A stretch of 64,000 nucleotides of DNA from the human T2T-CHM13v2.0 reference genome, Homo sapiens. Shown here piece by piece: positions 54,301 to 64,000 of the stretch. A program made the position numbers and the translations under genes. The stretch lies in assembly GCF_009914755.1 (NCBI RefSeq), contig NC_060928.1; one strand, given 5' to 3'. The notes under the pieces were generated by a model that searched no databases, had not been told where the DNA came from, and worked only from the letters and a program-made list of their open reading frames with translations. Positions within the stretch are counted from its first letter, which is position 1. Every line of letters begins with the position of its first letter.

Positions 54301-55289
54301 AGGAGAAAATGTAAAGCATTAAGGGCCTAAGAAAGCCAAGAAATAGAGGGATTTGCTAGAAACCGATTGGGACTGAGACCACCCAAAGCTCCCTGGTCTC
54401 CTTCAGTTCATTGTCATCTTTCACCCTTTTACCCATTGCTTGCTTTGAGTTGGAGATAATAAAATCGCTAATTGAGGCCAAGAGGCAAATTATACTTGTC
54501 TAATATTAATTTTAATATTTACTAAGCCAGAGGAGAAGGTCTCACTTCCTCTGGCAAACTTAGTTCATGAGAAAATTTTAGTAGACATCTGCTAAAAGAT
54601 ATATCATAGCCAAAACATCTTTCTTTTTCTCAGGAGTAAATGGAAAGCACAGGTTTGAAGGAAGAACTGTAGGCACAACTTTCAGTAATTTATGAGACAT
54701 TTTCAGTATCAATTCTCAGAGGTTTCCCTCCATACCTTAACTCACATAAAATATGGATGTGGTACTAAACCAAATGACACTGATACATTCAACCAGCATA
54801 CATAATGTACCAATCCTTCTGTGAATAGTCTCTGTTGCTTTGTAGTTCCTTAGTGGTTCTTTATTTGCTTATTTACTTATTTTCTCAACCACAAGTCTCA
54901 AGACTGCAATGAGAGAGAAGAATAATCTTCATCTGCATTTCCATAGTTGCAACAGTTTTCTCAGGTTCATCATGGCTTATCAGTTGATGAGAGGGTATGC
55001 AAACTGAGGCATCACTTATGTGTGTGTTTTTCATCTACGTCTATAGGATACATACATGAGAGAAGAAACATTTTAGATTCGTTTATATAAACAACCCTAA
55101 CAGTATGTTCTTGAGGCTATTTCCTCTTGTGTTAAAGAACTTAATTAGGAATTTGGACCAGGTCTCTGCTTTAGTATTTTAAGTTCCTAAGGCATTATAA
55201 TTTCATGATGTTCTCATTCCTCTAATTGAACTCCCTAAAAATAGCAATAAAAATACATGCTACAAACCTTGGTCTTTTTTTTTGAAATT

Positions 55290-55740
55290 GCTACTACTTT
55301 TTAGGCATTTACCAAGGCTGGACATCAGGCTAAAAATTACATATATTATCTTATGAAATACTTAAAATAATCCTATGAGGTAGGTATTGTTAACTCTCTT
55401 TGTGCATGAACACCAAGGTTTATGTGTAATGCAGATTACCCAAAGTTAAACAAACAGTGGTTTAATAATTTGTCTCAAGTAAGTTTGAGTTCGTATAGCT
55501 TTAGCCCAAGACATTGTAAGTAAATTAAGAAGGTCCCATATTGGTATCATGACAGTTATAGTACTTTCCATATCTGTTATTTCATTTGTCATTGCAAACC
55601 AGTGGGGAATATGGGGATTATTTTTACAGAGGAGGAAACTGTGGCTTAGAGATATGAAGTGATGTAATCAAGATCATAGGCAAATTAATGGAGTTTTTTT
55701 GTCTCCTATCTTACCCTCCACGGTTCTTTTCTAATTGCAC
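55290..55740 (-). mobile_element. Two MIR fragments
   Basis: aatcctatgaggtaggtatt; ttttacagaggaggaaactgtggcttagaga. Confidence 0.7.
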
Positions 55741-56435
55741 CTTGTTTTATAATTATCTAATAATCAGATTAAGGTATTATCTTGAATATAAAATTATTTT
55801 TACCAAACTCAGAGAAAGGAACCAGGTTAATGTGAAAAGACAGAATTTAGGGGGTCCAATGTGGGGATTTCGTTACGGAGGAACACAGTGAATACTATCT
55901 GTGAAAAAATACATAGAGGGCCATATCCCAGGCGATATGATAATATCTTTTTTGAACAATTTAGGGCAGAGTTCCTCAAACTAGAATTCATGTGCACATT
56001 CTCTGACATTTGCACATTCTCAAATTTGAGAAACACGGACCACAGTCTTGGATCCACTGTATCTTCATGACTAGCAGGCACTCTAGTGGTTATATTGATT
56101 AAAAAGTTGAAAATATATATTTTAAAATGTAAAAACTCCAGATTAATTCAAATGAAAATCTACCTCAAAATGAAAATTATATTAATTCATAGTATTTCCA
56201 AGATAAATAGTATTTTTACATTAGCATGTTACTAGTATTACTAGTATTTGTAGACTTACTATAACTAAAATTAACAAAATAGACTTGTATTGACCAAAAA
56301 GTACTAATTCTTTTACAAACCAAACATAGACCATCACCATCCCCCTAAAAATGTTTTTAAATTTTTCATTCTATGTATTATTTGTTAAAGATTTGTGATT
56401 AATAAAGCAGTTAAAATGTAGGATAAATAACTTTA

Positions 56436-56751
<316 letters not shown>

Positions 56752-59722
56752 TTGGGAGAAATAACTTTGAATTTTCTTTTTTAACTAACTTTCATACAAT
56801 TCAAGCACTGAGAATTTTAACATTGAGCTTTTTAATGTTTTGCCCTGATGTTTAAACACACGCATACAAATTCAGATTAAGAACTGACAATTTCTGTATC
56901 AGAGGGAACTTTGTAATATACAAACATTCTATATTGTTCTATGAGTGGCCTAATTTCTTCCCTTAAAATAGACCAAGTGAGAGTAGATGCCTGGCACATG
57001 GTAACTGTTAATAGCATATTTTTGAATGAGTTAATGAGTCAGTGGAATGTGTCTAGAGCCATGCAGCAGCAGGGCCAGGACCAAGGCACCATGAGTGATA
57101 CTGTTCTCAACTCCCATCTATCAAAATCATGCTATTTAAAACAACAAAGTTTAAGCCACATTAAATAAGACCTGCAGTGATATATTGTAGAATATCTTTT
57201 AAAGAATCATAACATCTAAATGGAGAATAATTGAGCACCTTGAAAAATGTTGAAAGTGGAAAATAATTTGTCCTAAAACCTGTCATTTTGTATTTGTGTG
57301 TTTATGATTACATGTGTGTGGTTGTGTGTGTATCTGTGTGTAACAGCCAAAAGGACATTGTTAATAAGTGACAGATGAGGAGCTAGGAGTCACTTTCTTG
57401 CTTCTAGATCCAGTGCTTCCTCTGCCTCATCCTTGCCTTCTCATTAGTCCTCAACTTTCCTTTACCTTTGCTTTTAGTCAGAGGTATTTCTTGCTTTTTT
57501 CTTTTCACTTCAATGCTTCCAACGTAAGAATGTCCATGGTCTTCATATATTTTGATGCGGTCTATTTCAATAATATGGAGAAAATATCATGAGTAAAATT
57601 TTAAAAATTCTTTCTTTTAAACATTCCTAACCAGCTGGAAATATTCAATAATCTTAACTTGCTTTTTGTTTTTTTACTTTCTTAAAAGGCACTTCTAAAA
57701 TGAGAGTATAAAACCCATGAAATGTGTGTCCTTCTTGTCCTTGGTTAAAGTTCTTAATTTATTATAGTAAATTTTCACTGAGTTGTTTTACTCAATAAAA
57801 AGAGTCAAATCAAACTCCATCATTATCCTTATTATGAAAAACTGCTCATCTGTTGAGGGAAAGCAAAATTATAATAATGACAGGCTACCCTGAAAATGCC
57901 GATGCTATGAGTACACAGGTACAGTTAGTGGCAAGGAGTGAGTGAGGACTGTCTAGAGGGCTTGGGAAGGGCTGCATAAGGCAAGAGGTGACCCTGACCT
58001 GGGATTTTGAAGGTAGATGTGAGTTTTCCAGGTAGATAAATTGGGGAAAGGAATTCAGAGCAGAGGAAAGACATGGAGTTGTAAAATAGATATCTATAGA
58101 TAGCTCCATATTGCAAGGGTGAATGTATGGCAAGAATGCAGTTAGAGAGAAACGGGGGGCCCCAATGGAAAAGGGGTTCCTTAGTAGGCAGTGAGAAGCT
58201 ATTTCCAGAGCATCTGTGATACTCAAACTACACAACTATGTTAATCTCAGAAAGGAATCATGACAGTTGTTTCCTAATACATTGAAAACCTAAGTTAATA
58301 AATATGAGTTTCTCAATTAGATTTTCCTTACGTCTCTGTCTTCAATTTTTATTGCTATGAGAACACGCTATATCTGATTTAGTGCATTATGTACTTAAAT
58401 ATTGGAACTTACTATGAATGTTTCATGTTCTTATTCAACTTGCACCTTGCCTTCCAAATATTCAACAACCTGCCCAAATTTGAGAACTTAGAAAGTTTCA
58501 ATGCCACTTTTCTTGTATTTTCTTTTTGAGCAAAAGGCAAAGGTGCCTCAAGGCTCTCAGCTCTCTGGAGACAGTACCTGATTTGTAAACAATGACTTTC
58601 CAGTGCTTAGCCAACAATACCTGGCAATATGAGAGGCTTGTCTCATAATATAGCTATTTAATATTTAATATCAATCAAACTAAACATCCTCATTATCCTG
58701 TAATTTTTTTAATTAAAAAAAGCAGCTTTAGTTCATCTAGGAGAAAACCGTCTCCAGAATCCATTGTCTACAAGTATTTGCACTTATACAGATTTTATCC
58801 AGAGCATATTTAAAAAATAAAGTTGATTTTGATTGTTTTTATAAAAACAAACAGGAAGGTGATGCATGCAGGCCATTTTTGAAAGTACATTAATACATCT
58901 ATAATTCTTGTCACTCACAGGCCACTACTATAAACATTTTATAGTGCTGAATTTTTCCAGTTTTTAAGTAATATCTTTTGTATTTTATCTTACAAATTTC
59001 ATTGTATTTACATGCAGAGGAAAAGGTGTAAAATCATTCTGTACAGAAGAATCTATAAAAAAGAATCTTCCTCCTACGCCGCACACCCCAAAGGACTTTG
59101 GATACCTATTAGAAAGGATTTTAAAACACATTTGAACTGAATTCATGACAATATCTGTTCTGGCATGTTTCATCAATCATGACAAATGACCATGGCCTTG
59201 TCAATACAATAACATGGGGGGAGCAGCCAAGTCAGAGATGAAGTATGATTATAGTTATCTTAAAAATAAGGCAATTGTGCAGGTTTTGTTAAGTGAATCC
59301 AGTGATAAATTTTCCTAATGGTTTTTCAGGCCCACCTATTTTACTTCTATTATGTAGCATATTATTACTTAAATAAAAGCTAAGTCTCAAGCTTGGCCAT
59401 ACTAGAGAAAGCCTCTGACATACCCCTGTGCTAGAATTTGACACAGCAGGGCATCGATTTTTAGAAGCCAGTCTGAAACTCCTGATAAAATGACTAAAAT
59501 CTAAATAAGCACCAACCCAATTAATGTGGTCTAGACTTTCTACAACAGATATTGATCCAATTATGTGGGGAAGGTTTTTTCTGTGCCTGATCAAGATGAC
59601 ACTATATTAGATCACAATGGATTTTCTTAACTTAGAGGACAAAGTGATTCTGAGTGAATTATAACCTGAGGGCTGACCTCTAAATGTGCAAGGATTGATT
59701 GCTGATTTAAGAGTAAGCTCTA

Positions 59723-60042
<320 letters not shown>

Positions 60043-60399
60043 TTAATGAAACTCGTGTGTTAATGAAATCTAGAAATCTCTAAGGCAATTGCTGTCCCGT
60101 TAACATTTATGAAGCCAAAGCCTCGATGAAGTATTTAAAATAATACTAGAAACCTTGAAACTTAGATATCATCCTCAAATCTAAAACTAACTTTCTGTGT
60201 AGCATCTGATTCTTTTGGTGTTTAAAACGACACTAAGATGGTACTGTGTGTCATCATAAATTCTTAGAAATTCTTAGCACTTTCCTAGAAATGATTATAT
60301 GAAGTGAAAGTATTATTCATATAAAATATTATTTTATTCCACTGTTATTTAAAATTTTATTGCTTTCCTCTACACAGCAATATAGGAATAACTTTTTTA

Positions 60400-60640
60400 A
60401 GAGTAAAGACATAGGCTTTAGAATAAAATTATTCGAATTGAATCTTAGCTCATATAGTTACTAATTCGGATACATTGGGCAAATGATTTAGCTGGTCTAA
60501 GCTTCAATTTACTAATCTGTATAATGAGATTATGATAGTAAATACTTCATAACATTATTTTGGGTATTAAATGAGATACTTTATGTATCTGATTTTGGAA
60601 AGCAATGATACATGGTAAGCATGAAATAAACATTAGTATT
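60400..60640 (+). mobile_element. MIR
   Basis: gaatcttagctc...ttgggcaaatgattt...atctgtataatgag...attaaatgagat. Confidence 0.65.
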
Positions 60641-60979
60641 TTTATAAATTAATATGAGAAAAATAGAATTTATTGTTTAAGATATTAATACTACTCATTC
60701 ATTTGATTTTTTAAGTGAACACATATTTATAGATTTCTAATGTACCTACAAGTATTATTCTAGATTCTAGGAAATATATATATTTATATTTATAATATAT
60801 ATCATAGGAAAAAAATATATATATATAATAGATCCCTCAAAATAAAGATTTAGAAAGAAGCAGCTCAGGTGAAAGTCCAAAATTATTCTAGGTAAGTAAG
60901 GAAAGTTTGCTTCAAACAACTATTTAGAAACCTAGGCTTCCAGTGATTTTGCAATTTTAACTTTTGGCTTCCAAATTCA

Positions 60980-61180
60980 CCATGGGAATATAAAATAGTG
61001 TATTGCCTAGAAGGATCAGATGGACCAGACATGGTAGTGGCCCTTGTCACTTCTGTTCACATTTTGTTAGTTAGATAGTACTGAGTCACATGAGCACATC
61101 TAACTGCAAAGGAGGCTGGACTTGGAGCCTAGATTGATCCTGGGAGCAGAGGAGCGCGAGAGTGAGAACTGTCTGCTATA
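60980..61180 (-). mobile_element. MLT1J/K-like MaLR fragment
   Basis: tcacttctgttcacattttgtt...gagtcacatgagcacatctaactgcaaaggaggctgg. Confidence 0.6.
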
Positions 61181-62109
61181 CGTGACTAAAGTAATACCAA
61201 GCATTTGTGAAGAAGGAGTTAAATTCTAGTGGGTATTAGGCATAATTATAGTTATTATACAGTGTAATAAGTATTTTAATAAAGATAAAATAGGGAACCA
61301 TTGGAAGTCATAGGAGGAGCCCCTACCACCACTTCAAGGTTCAGGGAGAGCTTCTCAAAGGGATAATTTAACCTGAGAAATGAAGGATGGTATCCGTAGC
61401 TGCTGGAGTGGTATTTATGGCAAAGAAAAGGTGTAGGCCATAGCCCTTTTGTAAGTTGTTAGAAATTGATAATGGTCAAGTATTCCCATACCTAAGAAAG
61501 AGGACAAGAAGAGAGAGAGATTTGGAGAAGAAAGCAGAGGCAAGTTTGTTAAGAGTCCAGAAAGCAGTGGTAAATATCTTAGATTTTATCTTGGGACCTT
61601 ACATTTTCCCTGCCTTTATATGCCCATTTTTCTTGGTTTATTAGACTTAAAGCTAAACAGTTAAAACAGAACTCATTCTATGTACAGTTCACTGTGAAGG
61701 AATCCAAAATGCCTGCCTATCTGAAAAGGCATTCCGTGGCAGTCCTGCAACTCCTATAATTGACTATTTTATATTATTATCTAGTCCCTGGAAAAATTAT
61801 GAAAAGCAACTATGCTATAGATAAATACTTGACCTGCCATCATTCCATTAGCGTGTAAGTAGGAATTACAGGAATGCTCCTCAGGTCGCTTTTGACTGTA
61901 GGAGGAAGAGCTAAGAAAATCTGTCGCTGCTGGAGAGGGCACCTGAGATGGAAAAGCACAGAGGATATCTTGCACAAAAAAAGATTGATGGGCAGAGGGA
62001 TCACAGCATGTGAGACCATTTTCACACTCATAATTTTCTCCAGAATTGATTTGTCCGGTATAGGCACTTCCCTGGGAGGCAGTTGAGTCCACTTGTTTTT
62101 TTGTGCAGT

Positions 62110-62320
62110 TTCTAGAATCAGTCTGCCTGGGTTCAGTCTAGACTCACTACCAGCTATAGGGCTTGGCTAAGTTCATAAAATTCATTATTCTCATCTGTAA
62201 AATATACATCATAAAATACCTATCTCAGAATAGTTGTTAACAATACATGAAATAATGTTTCTAGAATGCTTACACAGTACCTGTCCATATATAAAGCAGT
62301 TAATAAATATTAGCTATTGA
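62110..62320 (+). mobile_element. MIR
   Basis: tctagaatcagtctgcctgggttc...tctcatctgtaaaat...acctatctcagaatagttgtt. Confidence 0.75.
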
Positions 62321-63279
62321 TGTTACTATCATCATCATCATCATCATTTGTACCATCTTTGTCCATCAGGATACATTAACACAGCAGTTTAGAAGTTAAG
62401 ATCTATAATATATACTTTATTAATTGTATAATGAAGGGAATAATAGATGATCAGCCCATGTAAGATTTACAGGGAGGTGCTTTTCGTTGGTCATGCTAAC
62501 TTCAGAGCAGAAAATAACTTGTTTTCACTTGTCACCTATGCTGTCAAACATTGAACTTATTACATGGAAAGATTTCAGAACAATACTCTCCTTTGTAGTA
62601 TGTCTTTTCTCTTTGTTTACATTACTTTTCTGGGCTCCTTCAGAGTTTATCAAAATGGTTATGATGACAGCCAAGGAGACTTGAAGAATTCTCTTTGCAA
62701 AACCGGCTACCCCAGAGACAGCACTGGTTTTCTGGTTTCTCAGCACCAGTTGAAGGGAGAACTATTGGAGTTGAATTCCTTGAGTTCTATTCTCACATCT
62801 ACTCTTATTAACTGAAGGCTTTTGTATTTGTGATGCAATTCAATATATGGAACCAGGTAGTCCATATTCAGACTATCTCATGTGCACAAACTCAGGAAAA
62901 TTTCCATTATACCAACTAGAGGAGAAGAAACTTTAGGGGAAAAAACAAATGAGTAAAAATATAATTTGAATATTTACATTTTTGGTGTTTACAGCAATGT
63001 GTTTTAAAAGCCTATTTTTTTGCCCTTGATATATTAAATATTTCATAGCCATTTGTTACTTGTTCTCTTTTAGGTTTTTTTTTTTTTTTTTGCTATTCAA
63101 TTTTCATGTCTTCTCTTCTTTAGCTTTATCTTGCCTAAATCCAGCTGCTTCTCGTTTTTTAGAGCTGTCACCATATGTTCATTCATTTGGTGACTATTTA
63201 TCAATTATAAACTATGAAATTACAATTTTAGAGTGTTTTGATCACTTTTTATGTACAAGGAAGCAATCCAGATACAAAA

Positions 63280-63610
63280 ATTAGTGTTCTCACTTTCTGA
63301 AATTTGGCTTTTTTCTTTTAGCATAATATTTTCCAGGTTCATTCATGTTGTAACATGCTATCAGTACTTTGTTTCTTCTTTTGTTGAAAAATATTCCATT
63401 GTATTAATATAACACTTTTTAAAATCCATTTGTCGGTTGATGGACATATGGGTTGTTTACACTTTTTGGTTATTATAAATAATGCTGCTCTGAATATTCA
63501 TTTACAAGTGTTTTTGTAGCCATATGTTTTCATTTCTCTTGAGCATACACCTAGGAGTGGAGTGACTGTGTCATATGGTAACTGTATGTTTAACCTTTTG
63601 AGGAACTATG
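63280..63610 (-). mobile_element. L1MB-type fragment
   Basis: tagcataatattttccaggttcattcatgttgtaac...acctaggagtgga...tcatatggtaactgtatgtttaaccttttgaggaact. Confidence 0.8.
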
Positions 63611-63694
63611 CCGATCATTTTTATTCAATTTCAATCTAATTTAAAACTCAAGCCTCACACTTGGTTTAAATCTCATCTGCGTCCCTCCACACCC

Positions 63695-63759
63695 TGTGTA
63701 TGTGTTTGTGTGTGTGGTGGGGGGGGAGGGTGATGGAGAGAGAGAGAGAGAGAGAGAGA
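63695..63759. repeat. Compound (TG)n / G-run / (GA)n simple repeat
   Basis: Directly visible. Confidence 0.85.
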
Positions 63760-64000
63760 CCTAGGCAGAGAAACCATGAGCTGGATAATCTTTCCTTGTC
63801 TTTGAAGTCTCTGTTACTGAGAACTGGTGAGAACAGGTGAGCAAAGACAAATGAATCTCTGCCTAAGAGCCTATTGCTGTTGGGGACTACATGTCCATAT
63901 TGGTTGTTTCTGCCTTTCTGGCTAATTTGTGGCTGTTGATGACCATCTCGACTTCCCAGATGTTAAATATGACAAAAATAACCTATCTTGTCCTTTTTCT

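Noticed and set aside
54295-54330. C-terminal [11 protein letters not shown] of ORF 54109-54330, and its TTG start
   Set aside because: Read-through past the GTGAGT donor; the ATG at 54115 in strong Kozak context is the likely start.
55966-56038. Short inverted repeat cagagttcctcaaac ... atttgagaaacacgg as a possible ncRNA hairpin
   Set aside because: Resembles the terminal repeats of a small decayed hAT-Charlie element; imperfect pairing and no RNA-gene hallmarks.

Overview
Primate genomic DNA, almost certainly human: it is AT-rich and CpG-depleted, and it carries AluJ/S/Y elements, an AluYa5, L1PA/PB/M, LTR12, MIR and L2. The only protein-coding sequence I can support is one 200-nt + strand exon (54095-54294). 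It holds 20 nt of 5'UTR, the ATG at 54115 and 60 codons that begin a PH domain ([60 protein letters not shown]), which I recognise as the N-terminus of ARHGAP24 (FilGAP, a Rac GAP). The rest is intron, about 54 kb upstream and 10 kb downstream of this exon, largely filled with interspersed repeats. The other ORFs in the track are repeat-derived or chance. I see no new gene system. The points worth a second look are: a young AluYa5 inside an LTR inside an old L1; a near full-length old L1PA carrying an antisense LTR12 solo LTR, an AluY, an internal deletion and a possible 5' transduction; two twin-primed inverted L1 fragments; a pure (TA)28 tract; several local tandem duplications, one with an inverted templated insertion and one doubling a palindromic GATA site; a CArG-box cluster; and an unusual 3' splice-site layout. 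Repeat subfamily names come from remembered consensus sequences, and boundaries of old repeats are approximate.
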